Positions 38,938 to 50,469 of a stretch of DNA of 64,000 bases are shown piece after piece. The position numbers and the translations under genes are program-made. The DNA lies in the NCBI GenBank assembly GCA_965112155.1, contig OZ218105.1. The stretch is one strand, 5' to 3'. The first letter of the stretch is position 1; every line of letters begins with the position of its first letter. The notes beneath the pieces are model-generated. The model was given only the letters and a program-made list of their open reading frames with translations. It was not told where the DNA came from and ran no database searches. The stretch is from Podarcis liolepis. Taxonomy: Eukaryota.

Positions 38938-39319
38938 GACTGGTTCAGACATAACACCAAGCCATGCTACAAGAATAAGCGTTCAGGGCATTTCCCATTC
39001 CCTCATTTATGACAATTTCCTCTCTGTTTTGGTTTGAGGGAAATCATGGCTTGCCCATTCACTCAAACCATGGTTTGCACTAGCTCTGCAGTCCAAGATT
39101 AGAAATCAAGATCAAACCATTATTTCTAAGCCTGGTTTGAAGGACAAGTGCAACTCATAATCTGCAGGTTTAGATCAGCCACACAAACATACATGCTACA
39201 ATTTGTCTCAAAGCAGGAACAGAAGAACAGGGAGAATTGCTTTGCGTGAGTACAAGGCTTCTTGAAGTCTCCTTCTTGTAACCCTAAACCATAGCTTGGT
39301 TATACATCTGAACTGGGCC
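38938..39319. mobile_element. Old non-autonomous TIR element (possibly PIF/Harbinger-like)
   Basis: Imperfect ~27-bp TIRs CTGGTTCAGACATAACACCAAGCCATG / CATAGCTTGGTTATACATCTGAACTGG. Confidence 0.5.
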
Positions 39320-39652
39320 AGTATTTACACAAACATCAAAAAGTTAATAGTTAAAGGCAAGTGTGTAGAACCTGTAGCCCTCCAGATGTTGTTGGATTCT
39401 TACTCACATCAGCCCCGACAAGCTTGGCCAATGGGCAGGGATGAAAGGAGTTGTAGTCTAACAACATCTGCACTGAAAGAAAAGTCTGCACTGGTGTAGA
39501 TCCAGTAGCATAACATTTCCAGTGGGATCCACCCAAGCTATGGTGTCTATGTTACAAATCAGAATGATGACAGGTGTGATCATAGTGATGAGTTTGCATG
39601 GGTTCAGGAACAGTTTCAGCAGGGTTGTTTCACAATATTCCTTATTTGAGAG

Positions 39653-39901
39653 ATGAAAGAGGGCTTTACCTGCTCCTATCACAGTAGAGCAGACAGGTCC
39701 ATGGAAGAAGCAGAGAAGAAGAGAAGTTTTGAAACACTGGTTCGTACTAAGTCCTATGCCAGAAAGCTGTTCAAAGAGTTATTTCAGTGCTATCTTCTTC
39801 CCAAACTTTATTACACTGATGTTATAAAAATGTTGAAGGAACATAGTGAAAGAAACCAAAGACAGATGGTTGTTTACAATTTGCATCACTGCTGCCAATA
39901 A
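39653..39901 (+). mobile_element. Possible Gypsy gag fossil
   Basis: YTDVIKMLKEH...YNLHHCCQ is reminiscent of the YxELVKxLKEHF...RxxFHxRxQ segment of vertebrate Gypsy gag. Similarity is weak and judged by eye. Confidence 0.3.
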
Positions 39902-40119
39902 ATATTTTTATTGCTATGGTTGCAACAATAAATACTCACTATCGGAATAAAGCTCATAAGGGTAAAGGAATTAAGAGTGCTTTTCAAAGCGTACTGCTTA
40001 TATTAGATGAGCAGTTGCATTATTTGTGGATTATTAAGCAGGCTGGAAAGTCTATTCATAAGAACTGTATTGCTGGACCCGACCAAAGATCCATCTTGTT
40101 CAGCATTCCCTTTCATATA

Positions 40120-40361
40120 CAGTGGTACCTCAGGTTACATACGCTTCAGGTTACATATACTTCAGGTTACAGACTCCGCTAACCTAGAAATAGTACCTCA
40201 GGTTAAGAACTTTGCTTCAGGATGAGAACAGAAATCGTGCTCCGGCGGCGCGGCGGCAGCAGGAGGCCCCATTAGCTAAAGTGGTGCTTCAGGTTAAGAA
40301 CAGTTTCAGGTTAAGAACGGACCTCTGGAACGAATTAAGTACTTAACCCAAGGTACCACTG
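40120..40361 (+). mobile_element. Tc1/mariner (Tigger-like) MITE, young copy
   Basis: TIRs CAGTGGTACCT / AGGTACCACTG, TA TSD, CpG-rich core intact. Confidence 0.9.
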
Positions 40362-40369
40362 TATTAGCC

Positions 40370-40505
40370 CAGGCATCCCCAACCTTCACCCCTCCAGATG
40401 TTTTGGACTACAATTCCCATCATCCCTGACCACTGGTCCTGTTAGCTAGGGATCATGGGAGTTGTAGGCCAAAACATCTGGAGGGCCGCAGGTTGGGGAT
40501 GCCTG
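40370..40505. mobile_element. Palindromic hAT MITE, young copy (136 bp)
   Basis: Perfect TIRs CAGGCATCCCCAACCT / AGGTTGGGGATGCCTG. TSD TATTAGCC / TATTAGCA. Confidence 0.9.
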
Positions 40506-43081
40506 TATTAGCAGCTCACCGGGTGCCCTGGGAAATTCATATACAAAAAAAACAGAGAAAGAACCTCACCCTCTGATGTTTGTTACCAACATTTTTAATC
40601 AGAGGTATACTGTTTCCGAAGATGGAGGTTCCACTATAAATGGAAATATATATACTTAATGAATCTGAAGAATAGATGGGGGCTTCATGAGCCCCCAGTT
40701 TTTAATGGCAAAAAAACCCCACACAGAACTTAACAAAGTGCTAGGCTAAATGACATAGTGTCATCTATCCCTTTCGGATTGCAGTTGGAATGAACTTGGA
40801 ATGTGCATTATTCCAGATCAGGAGGAGCAGGTATCTGCAAATGCCAGTGCGCAACAAACACAAAAATGTCCACATTTCAAAATGGCTTTAATTAGATGAT
40901 TTGCAAAGGGATCTCAAACAAATTGTAAAAAAACCCCAAAACCCCCAAACCATGTCTATAGGTAAATTATTTTTGATATGCCTATGGTATATCTAATAAA
41001 AAGAATTCTGTCTGTGGCTCTTAGAAGGGTGTAATTGCTAAATTTGCCTGTTTTCATTTATGCTATGATGTCCAAAAATGATGCGGAATTCTGATCCTAA
41101 TGAGTACAGAATTTGATTTAAAGATTCAATAGGCTGACCCAATTAAAATGACTGTTTTTGTGCTTGGAAATTTGATGCTTCGTGGCTGCAGCAATGCTGT
41201 GTTTCCCATTTAAAAGTAGAAAAAAGCAACTATGTCTCTCTTCTCCCCTCTGGAGCAAAATAATACCAAAGATATATAGACAACTATATTGAGTTGATTG
41301 TTATTTTATTTTATTCTAGAGGAATGCAACAAATCATCCTGTAAAAATCTATTTCCTAGATTTGTCCTCCAACAAAGGAGGATTGCTAGGGAGCATAGGA
41401 GGAATGGTTGGAAAGCTGCTGCCACTGCCCTCCCACCGTATCTTGCCTGAGGCAGCTGCTTCATTCTGCCCACTGGTTGGACTGGCCCTGAATTTGTGAA
41501 ATAAGAACAAAGTGGGTTTTTTGTTTTGCAGGGGGTACCATTCCAGTGCAAAAGGTTCTAAACAAATTCTAAAACAGATAAGCAGCAGCAGCAACAACAA
41601 CAACAACAACAACAAAACAACAACAAATGGTGCTTGCATCCGATACTATGCTTGAATGACTGGTGGCCATTTCTGAACATGGAATCAATTGGTTTTGACC
41701 ACTGACAATACTTTGAAACATTGGATTTCGCTAATATGTCCTAATAACATTTGAAACTTACCATAAACACAATTTTCAATGCTTGATGCTAGCACTTAAT
41801 TTGAAATGTAGTTTGGATTTCCCTCCCATACCAGCTTAATCAATGATATTTGTCAAAACCTGAGAAGTCGAAGTGCTTTCATTAGAACACACATTGCTGT
41901 TGAAGACAGTATTGATTAAATATTAGTCCTATTTACAGAAGAAACACTGGGTACTTATTGTTTTGTGTGTGATCTGCATTATGGATTGCTTTTCTGACAG
42001 TCAGTGATCATTGCTTGACTTTCATGTCTAAGATTCTCCCTGCTTATTAAATGACCTACAGAGTAACCACTGGTTTTAGATCCAATATGTTTTAGATCAA
42101 AACAGCTTCTGTGTGTTTCTAGGCCATCACTTACAGATGATACTGATTATGATAGAATTATTAAAAGTATTTCTTAATTATCTTTCTGCCTACAAGGGCC
42201 CACAGAGTAGTATGTAATATAGAAACAAACAATACACAATATTTAAACAACAATGTAGATAGTATTAGTAGTAACAACAACAACAACCACTTGGTGCGGC
42301 TTCAAGCAAAGTATTAAAACACAAAAAATATTAACAACTTCCCTGTGGGCTGCCTTCAGGTGTCTTCTAAAAGCCATATAGATGTTTATTTCCTTGACAT
42401 TGGATGGGAGGGTGTTCCACAGCTTGGGCGCCTCTACCGAGAAGGCCCAATTAAGGGTGCTTTCACTGGAAAGCGTAGATCTGGATTAAACAGGGGACAA
42501 TAGTGACTGACATTCTGATGACAAATGGTTTTAGGCCAAGATACCTGAAATACCGCTATCTCCCATATGAACCTTATCAGTGTTTATAATTTCTATCAGA
42601 AGCCCTGCTATATATCCCTTCCCCAATAACAGCTAGGCTGGTGAATACCCAGGACAGAGTCTTTTTTGTAGCAGCATCCCAGTTGTGTAACTCCCTCCTT
42701 AGGCTGCATCTTTGAGGCAGGCTGTAACTCTTAGTTTGTTTCCCCTGGCTTTTGATGGGTTTTTAATTCTGCTCTCTGGTTTTAATACTGGGTTTTTTCC
42801 TGTTTTGGAGTGCTTCAAGATGGGTGCTTATGGTGTGATCAGTACTCTGCATGTATGCAGGTTTATTGTAGTGTCTGCATGACACTATTTAGGGCTCTGT
42901 GTAAGAATTTTGCTTGGAAACGAACAGAAAGCCAGTGCAGTTGATATAAGACCAGTGTTCTACAATCTGCAATAATCTGACTGCCACATTTTGCACTATC
43001 TAAAGTTTCCTATCACTCCTCAACGGTAGCCCCACAGACAACAGACTTCAGTAACTTAAGCAGGAGGTGATTAAGGCATGG

Positions 43082-43340
43082 ATCACTGGGGCCAAATCCA
43101 CCTTTTCCAGGAAAGCTGTAAAAGGCACTCTTGGATGAGACACCCGGCCCTCCAGGAGTAATGCCAGATCCAGAACGCCCCTCCCCCCCAACTACAAACC
43201 CGGTTCTTTAAAGGGAATGTAACTCCATCCAGAACAAACTGTGCCCCCAGTTCCTGATTAGTGTCTTTACTGACCAACCAACAGAACCTCAATCTTGTCA
43301 GGACCAGGCATCTATTTATTAGTCCACATCCAATAAATCA
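43082..43340 (-). mobile_element. L2 LINE ORF2 fragment
   Basis: VLDGVTFPLKNRVCSWG resembles L2 VLDGVxLPLKxQVRSLGV. Confidence 0.7.
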
Positions 43341-44688
43341 CTGTGGTCAAACAATTGTTCAGTACTTCCATAACCTCCTTGGCACAGTGATGAGAAGAAT
43401 ACATTTAAGGTAATGAACATAGGCCACCCAATTCAACCAGGTTTCCAAATCAGGTTTGGGACAGATACTGCTTTTCAGTTCCTTGTGGATGGTAAGATAT
43501 ACAGAGTAAAAATCTTTCCCCATGATTCTCAGTGTATTTTGGTACTATAGGCCTCCATATTTCCATCCACCACAGTAGATCAGTACTAGATGTTAGAAAT
43601 TAAGTGAGCATACAACACAGGGTTTGAAATTTCTTCTTTCTGACAGCATGTAAAGAAAGATGTTTTCAAGATTATTAATTGAAAGCATAGCTTTCTTTCG
43701 AGCTAGATGTGCATTTGTCCTTTATTTAAAGACAGGAAGATTCCTAGCTGAATGGCAGCCTACTGGAGCATCAAAATTAAGTTGTCCAGCTTCTGGGTTT
43801 TTATTTATCAATAAGATGGCTTTAGAAGACAAATATAATTATATTCTTTAAAACCAAATTAAGAGTGCTTTTTCAGTGTTCTTCCTTCAGCATACAGCAA
43901 TATTTCCAGAATAAGTTGATAGTACTTGATATGCTGCAGGAAAAAAATGCATGTACTTGAAAGATGCACACAATTAATTTAAAAGCATTTCCTGGTTAAT
44001 AATTCTTTTGGTAAGAATTTTATTTTTCAACAGTAGTAAAATTTGGGAAGTCATTTTCTTCACAGAGTTCTTGCACATCAATCTGAATTTATGGGCGCTT
44101 GCGGATTCCAGTGCTTAGTCTAAAAATTCCACGTTGCTAAAGGTTCCAGCTTGTGTAATGAAAGTGACTGTAATGCTGCCGAGAGTGTGAGCAACCTTCA
44201 GATGACCTGCTGCCTCTTGTAGATTTTGTCAGCACTCTGTAAAAATATGGGATCACTTTGTGGAATTTGATATACCTCCTTTGCATTTACAAAGTTTAAA
44301 CTCTGGTGATTACGTTTGCTACTGTACTTTCCACATTAAGGTGCCTGAATGAGTTATTGCTCTACAGATATGAACTGTGAGATTATGCATAAATGGTCCA
44401 TTCTGCTTCCATGTTGGTTTTTATTTATTTTTATTTTTTTTAAAAACTCACTTAAAGGAATAGATGGTGGTGAAAGATCAGAGCCAAGAGCTGGGATTTC
44501 AAAAAATGTAACTAAGAACAGGTGAAGAACGTGTCAAGAAGATGGTTGAACAAAAATATTCATTGGGGAATAAAGTAGCTTAGTCAAGGTAGAGTGTTGG
44601 CATTAGAAGATTGAACTCTGTTTCCTCTACTTCTTAAGTCACCCCAAAGAAGTTTTTGAAAATCAAGAAAGGACACAATGTTGTAAGA

Positions 44689-44851
44689 GGTAAAGGTAAA
44701 GGGACCCCTGACTGTTAAGTCCAGTCGCGGACGACTCTGGGGTTGCAGCGCTCATCTCGCTTTATTGGCTGAGGGAGCCGGCATACAGCTTCCGGGTCAT
44801 GTGGCCAGCATGACTAAGCCGCTTCTGGCGAACCAGAGCAGCGCATGGAAA
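44689..44851 (-). mobile_element. Sauria SINE (Squam1/POM-type), 5'-truncated
   Basis: (ACCTTT)n tail and a body nearly identical to 53700-53860. Confidence 0.9.
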
Positions 44852-44925
44852 TATAATAGTTTGCCTTAAATGCTAATGCATGACCATACCTGTTTTGGGG
44901 GCCTTGTGGTGGGAAAGTGGCCTAT

Positions 44926-44969
44926 GCATGTTGGGAGGAATATTTTTTTCCTGGAAAGTGCATATTTGT

Positions 44970-45039
<70 letters not shown>

Positions 45040-45260
45040 ATGAGAGAGACATTTACTTGCAGGACAAAGCTAGAAAAGCTATGCACAAAGGGTAACAATT
45101 TGGGCTGTGGGAATTCCACTAACCCATCACAAACCTTATGAGAAAGGAATGCACTCCCACACCCAAACTATCATGCCTTGTGCAGAGCTTTTCTAAATGG
45201 AAGTAAATGTCATTTATTAAAAGTATGACTTTGCACTTTCTAGGAAAAAATATTTATTCT

Positions 45261-45266
<6 letters not shown>
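44926..45266. repeat. Degenerate long palindrome (foldback/MITE-like) with (TG)n(AG)n in the left arm
   Basis: Nested inverted pairs: AATATTTTTTTCCTGGAAAGTGCA/TGCACTTTCTAGGAAAAAATATT; GACATTTACTT/AAGTAAATGTC; TAGAAAAGCTATGCACAA/TTGTGCAGAGCTTTTCTA. Confidence 0.75.
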
Positions 45267-45299
<33 letters not shown>

Positions 45300-45411
45300 C
45301 TGCTTTCCTGAAAACCACCAATGCAATGTACAAGAGTCAAAAATAAAAATAATGCATAAATTGAGAGAAACCTTATTTGCCAATCCCTCCTTAGATGTGC
45401 ATGTCTGCTCT

Positions 45412-46014
45412 TTCTTGTGCTGCCGGGCTCTCGCTGCTGTATTCAGGGTTGGGGCTGACCACGGCTGATCTGCAACACAATATTTGACCTTGACTTCCGT
45501 TTCGATGTAGCATGGTTCCTGATGGAGACCTCACAGTACTTGTGGTCCATCCTGAGCAGGGAGGGAGCGGGCCATCTCACTGTCAGTGGTGGGCGCTGCC
45601 TGGGGCATTAACATTACCGGATCCAGCATCCTCGGCAGTGGTGTCAAAGCACCTAGGATCAAAACAAAAAATCTGGTTAGCATCATCTTTTGTGATTGTC
45701 TGGTTGTCTATGGGATTATCATAGCCATCGTCATCACCAACATGGCTGAGCAATCTTCTGGCAGCACTCCTAAGGAGATTGGCTCCCGGAACTACCATGC
45801 AGGTTACTCCATGTTTGGGGCGGGCTTGACTGTGGGCCTGTCCAATCTTTTTTGTGGTATATGTGGTGCAGTGGGCAGTGGTGCAGCATTGACAGATGCC
45901 CAGAATGCCAGCCTCTTTGTCAAGATCCTCATTGTGGAAATCTTTGGCAGTGCCATCGGACTCTTTGGAGTCATCGTGGCTACCCTGCAGGTGTCTAAAG
46001 TGAAAATGGGCAAC
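45412..46014 (+). pseudogene. ATP6V0B: Processed pseudogene (retrocopy) of V-ATPase 21-kDa proteolipid subunit c''
   Basis: Three successive frames: AGLSLLYSG (45422), [29 protein letters not shown] (45468) and [41 protein letters not shown]...[23 protein letters not shown]...[34 protein letters not shown] (45571-46014). Collinear with vertebrate ATP6V0B and intronless. Has no start ATG, two frameshifts, FCEAV changed to FCDCL, and no native stop. Confidence 0.95.
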
Positions 46015-47666
46015 ATGTCTGTCTGCAGCTGCAGACTCTGTACATATTGATTATTTGACTTCTGGGTAACTCTCAGCAGAATATGTAAACCCCAAACCAC
46101 CAAAAGGCACTGTTTTTGAGGTGATAGGAGGTGATTTTAGAGTTCTCTCTGTCCGATCTCTAGCTCCTTTGCACATCCAAATCTTCACTAGATGAACTGG
46201 CCCTAGCTATTATCCCCGAAGATTGGGAAAGCCTATGAATGGTGTGTCAGAGCACTTGATTACATCAGTGTGGAGAGTATGGAGGAGTGCGTTATTCCTG
46301 CCCGTACAACTCAGGGTTCAGAGACAGTGCATTTCATATATATTTACCAAAGCCTTCCTCTGAGAAATGGACACTTCCAGATGTGAACCACCTTCTACGA
46401 TTTAAACTTTTGCAAACATGTGGTTCAGATTTTGGTAAATATTGCATGCCAGTTGGCCTTAAAAATGGATACATTTTATATTGCTGCTCTTTAACAAAAA
46501 GCATAGGTCTGGCACATTTCCAACTCAAGGGCAGGAGTCCTTTTGGGGATTTGTACAAAAAACAAGTGTTTTTCCTTAAATATACAATATATCAGTGTAC
46601 TGTACACATGTTAAACTCCAGGTTACATTCTCAGCATGATCTGCAGGCAATCAGCTGTTTTCTCATGCTGACCAAAATCTCTCCTTGAGTTCTACAAAAA
46701 AGAAAGAAAGAAGAAATACATTAAGAAAATTGTTTTACAGTATAAATTGCAAAAAATATGTATGTGCATTTATGATGCAAACTTGGATATGTGTCATCCA
46801 ATTGAAATCAAATCAAATCAACTACCCATCCATTTCTTGATTATTAGTGTTCTCAATCTTGGAATGTGCCATTTCTTATCTTCGGGTGCTTTTGAGTTGT
46901 CTCCACATTTTATTTTCTGTGTGTTGAAAGAGGAAAGAAAGGTAACACATAGTTGTAGTACATTCATAGGATATATTGTTAATGCAGTCAGCCCAAAGGG
47001 TCTTTATTCCCTATAAAAACAGGGATAACAAAAGTCCCCTTTAGAGATTTTACAAATCTTGCTCTTCAGCCAAAATAAAAGGCTCTAAGAGCAGCATACA
47101 TATCACTAAAAAAGGACAGTCTCTGCCCTCAGGCTTACAGAGGGGGAAAATGACACAAAAGGAAAACTGAATGGGAGGGAAGAGGAAATATTCATGTTTT
47201 TGAGAATTGTTGCAATTGCCGCCTGGGGTGGAAAAGTTCAAGAAGAGGAGGTCTCTCAGTTGTTTCAATGGAGTGACCCTGCATCCCTCCTCCATCGGTC
47301 TATTGTAGCCGGATGCAATGACTGCTGCCAATGACAGTGGAGAGAGGGAGAAGCCTGACTTCTTAGCAAAGTGGATGGTTGCCCCTGTGAATCCATTCTC
47401 TTCCTTTCTCTGTTACAGTTTATTGTAATATCTTCCACCAGGTGGGGCGTATCAAAGCAATTGGAGCAGCGTCTTCTGGAAGCCAGCTGAGAGAGGAGGA
47501 AGTTAATACGTCACCACTTGCCCTGTGTTGTGGCTAATGCTCACAACATGGTATGCCTTTCCCAGAGGACTGGAGCCATTAAAGCACCCCTAAAGGAAGG
47601 TATGCATGAAAACTGAATCCTAAAAAGGCTTGGTTCTGTGAGAAAATATGGGGAAATAGTCCAAGC

Positions 47667-47790
47667 CAAGATACAGTGCATGCACACCATTTGAACGGCA
47701 ATGCCCATCAAATTTGGGGGGACCTGACCCCTTCAAATATTTTATTGGGGGGGCCAAAGGGACCCGAACTCCTAGGATTTCGCTCCTACG
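47667..47790. mobile_element. hAT-type MITE, internally deleted copy of the 528-731 family
   Basis: Shares CACACCATTTGAA and TCAAATATTTTATT.GGGG. Perfect 8-bp TSD GTCCAAGC (47659-47666, 47791-47798). Confidence 0.75.
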
Positions 47791-47804
47791 GTCCAAGCTA
47801 AATA

Positions 47805-48030
47805 CAGTGGTACCTCACGTTAAGAACCTAATTCGTTCTGGAGGTCCGTCCTTAACCTTAAACTGTTCTTAACCTGAGGTACCACTTTAGCTAATGGGAC
47901 CTCCGGCTGCCACTGCACCACCACCACGCAATTTCTGTTCTCATCCTGAAGCAAAGTTCTTAACCCAAGGTACTATTTCTGGGTTAGCGGAGTCTGTAAC
48001 CTGAAGTGTCTGTAACCTGGGGTACCGCTG
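47805..48030 (-). mobile_element. Tc1/mariner (Tigger-like) MITE, reverse orientation
   Basis: Reverse complement of 12982-13212; TA TSD. Confidence 0.9.
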
Positions 48031-48279
48031 TATGCCATTTGTTTCAGCTGGGTAATAATATTCAGCAGAAATGTCCCTAATTACATATTTTGGCAGAGAC
48101 CCTCATTTCATGTTCTTCTATCGGTCTCAAATGTATTGCTATCAGTTTCATTTATTGTCCCCCTATTCTTGAGCTATACAGTATAAATAACTATAATCTT
48201 GATATGCCTTCTAAATACTATTCGATATTTTATATGATCATATTTTGTCCTGTCTTATTTGTCTCTCTTTCAAGATAAA

Positions 48280-48500
48280 CAATTCCAATTTTCCAATTTC
48301 TATTTGTTTGAGAGTTTCAATATATCCTTGATCTTTCTTATTGGCCTTGTTTGAAACCTCTTCAATTCTGCAATATCCTTTTTTGAGATGAGGTTACCAG
48401 TTCTGAAAGAAGTATTCCAGATGCGAATGATTGATTCGCAGAAATGACATTTTATTATATTTCCATTCTGTTCTTTGTTGCATTTTAACAAACTTGTTGC
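48280..48500 (-). mobile_element. Old CR1 ORF2 fragment
   Basis: KKDIAELKRFQTRPIRKIKD resembles CR1 KKDIAELEKVQKRATKMIKG. Confidence 0.7.
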
Positions 48501-48701
48501 TTTCCCCCTCCACTTCCACACACACTAAACCTTTAGTGTTTATTAATTGTTATCATTATTATTATCATAGGATCCTCATATTAGCTGATTTTGCAAAAAG
48601 GCTATAAACGTTTGTCCCCTTTGAGTGGGATAGCAGGGGACCTTTCAATAGATATATATATCTACAGGTGTGGTAGGAGACCAGATGTATTACTTGTTGC
48701 T

Positions 48702-49020
48702 AAAGATAGGCAAATCTGACAGTTTCAGTTTCTCCCTTTTGCAATTATAAGTTCAGTTCCCCACATTTTCACACCAGTTTGTGATTTTTTTTAAGTCTTC
48801 ATAAGAATTATTTGTTTAATGTTTCCTAATATATACATCCCTCTGCAATTCTGCCTAATATACACATTTTTGCAAACACGGTAATTTCGCCCAAATTGAA
48901 TGCATTTTGGTATGTTGCTTTCACTAGTATATGCATTTTTATGCACATCCTATCCCAGTGTGTGCATTTTTGTATACATTACTTCACGTGAGAACTGCAC
49001 AACAAAATTTAGAGTGTATG
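48702..49020 (+). repeat. Unclassified interspersed repeat (relative of 28860-29306)
   Basis: Repeated CCTAATATA.ACAT and ATGCATTTT units. Confidence 0.55.
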
Positions 49021-49330
49021 TGGTGTCCATAATATTTTCTCCAGATTGCAAATTTGCCCATAGGCCCAAGGATGTTGGCAACCCATGCCGCAAGTCATTT
49101 CATGTTTCATGATGATCAGATAATGCACAAAACCTCTCTTGCTGAAAATGTGTGTTATGATGTCAACTTACTCTGTATTCCATCCCTCTCTATGCCCCAG
49201 GGCATCAAACAGCTGTTATGTATATATATGTAGGCAGTGTGTGAGGGAAGATGAAGGGAGGAGGTTGCATATTCTCCTACCCTGATTTGAATGTGACTGC
49301 TACTTTGGTTTTTTCATCGTCTAATTATCA

Positions 49331-49744
49331 GAAATGATCACACAGAAAACAAGAACTGATAGCACATCTATAAACCAGGTGCTGCCACTTATCAGGTATA
49401 GAATCTACTTCTGCTTCCACACTAATGAAAAATGATTTCAAAAGGAATGAAGATCCTGTTTCAATAAAACCAAGGGAAAGATGTAACCCAAAAGCTGTCT
49501 GCAGACCTAGGAATAAGTGAAATGTTTTGACAGGGAAATATATGTGTTGGCAACAATGCTTGACTTGGATTTCAAAAGTAAAATTGAAACCATACTTCTA
49601 GAGGGTGCAGATGCTGACAACTGGAAGGATGTTCTGAAACAGAGAGTATATCAGAATATGCCATTCAATTTCTCCTCCTTGCAATCTGTTCATGAAAAAA
49701 AAACCCTAATATGTTCAGTGGGGAAAAAGCAAAGGGGATCCTAA
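49331..49744 (+). mobile_element. Fossil hAT (Ac/ZBED-like) transposase fragment
   Basis: EMITQKTRTDSTSINQVLPLIR resembles the 'ExATxxLSxxxxSISxVIPLI' helix. YVLATMLDLDFK resembles the hAT 'ATxLDPRFK' motif. Stops and frameshifts lie between them. Confidence 0.7.
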
Positions 49745-50135
49745 ACCTGAGTTTCTAACAAGTGAATTCAAAAAAATTAAAGGATTGAACAGATTGTTCA
49801 CCTTCACTCAGTGCAAGTACCAGTGATGTCAAAAGCTCAGCAGGCGATCTAACTCCACATTAGTTACTATAAATTTTGAATTTCAACATTTTAAAAAAAG
49901 AAAATGTCTGTGGAAGCGTTTACTGTTGATTCTGAAACTGATTCAACAGTTGCAAAGACTTAAACTCTTAACATGTAATAATGGGCAGGCCGCAGGCCAG
50001 GCCAGGCCAGTTCTTCCTGTTATATACCTGCTGGGATTGACAAGGCACCTGACCCTCACCTGAATCTCATAGCTCTCCTGATGAGTGCTTTGGTCTGCCC
50101 ACCAGATATCAAGCACTCTGCCTACTTAGCCTATA

Positions 50136-50469
50136 CAGTGGTGCCTTGCAAGACGAAAAGAATCCGTTCTTTGATTCTCTTCGTCTATCGGTTTTTTCGT
50201 CTTGCAAAGCAAGCCCATTGACGGATTAGCGGATTAGTGCTATTAGTGGCTTTTAGCGGCTTATCTGCTGATCGGATCAGCTGATAAGCGGCTTAGCGGC
50301 TTAGAAAAAGGGGGGGAAGGGAAAAAACCCGCAGGAACTCACAAGACATTGTCATCTTGCGAAGCAAGCCCATAGGAAATTCGTTTTGCGAAGCACCTCC
50401 AAAACGGAAAACTCTTTCGTCTAGCGAGTTTTCCTTCTTGTGAGGCATTCGTCTTGCGGGGCACCACTG
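50136..50469. mobile_element. Tc1/mariner-type MITE with internal 8-bp tandem units
   Basis: TIRs CAGTGGTGCCTTGCAAGACGAA / TTCGTCTTGCGGGGCACCACTG, TA TSD. Internal GCGG(A/C)TTA repeats at 50221-50303. Confidence 0.88.

Larger units (their letters stand above)
40057..40540 (-). mobile_element. Old CR1-type 3' tail (LINE or SINE) hosting two MITEs
   Basis: CATAAGAAC..TGCTGGACCCGACCAAAGATCCATCTTGTTCAGCAT continues after the inserts as GCAGCTCACCGGGTGCCCTGGGAA. Confidence 0.55.

Noticed and set aside
43441-43491. Apparent 51-nt exon (AG|...GATG|GTAAGA)
   Set aside because: The translation PIQPGFQIRFGTDTAFQFLVD resembles L2 RT (PFQSGFRPGxGTETALVALVD), so it is a LINE remnant.
45586-46050. 154-aa ORF as a functional ATP6V0B gene
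   Set aside because: It starts at GTG in mid-protein, has upstream frameshifts, no introns, an altered essential Glu and no native stop. It is a pseudogene.
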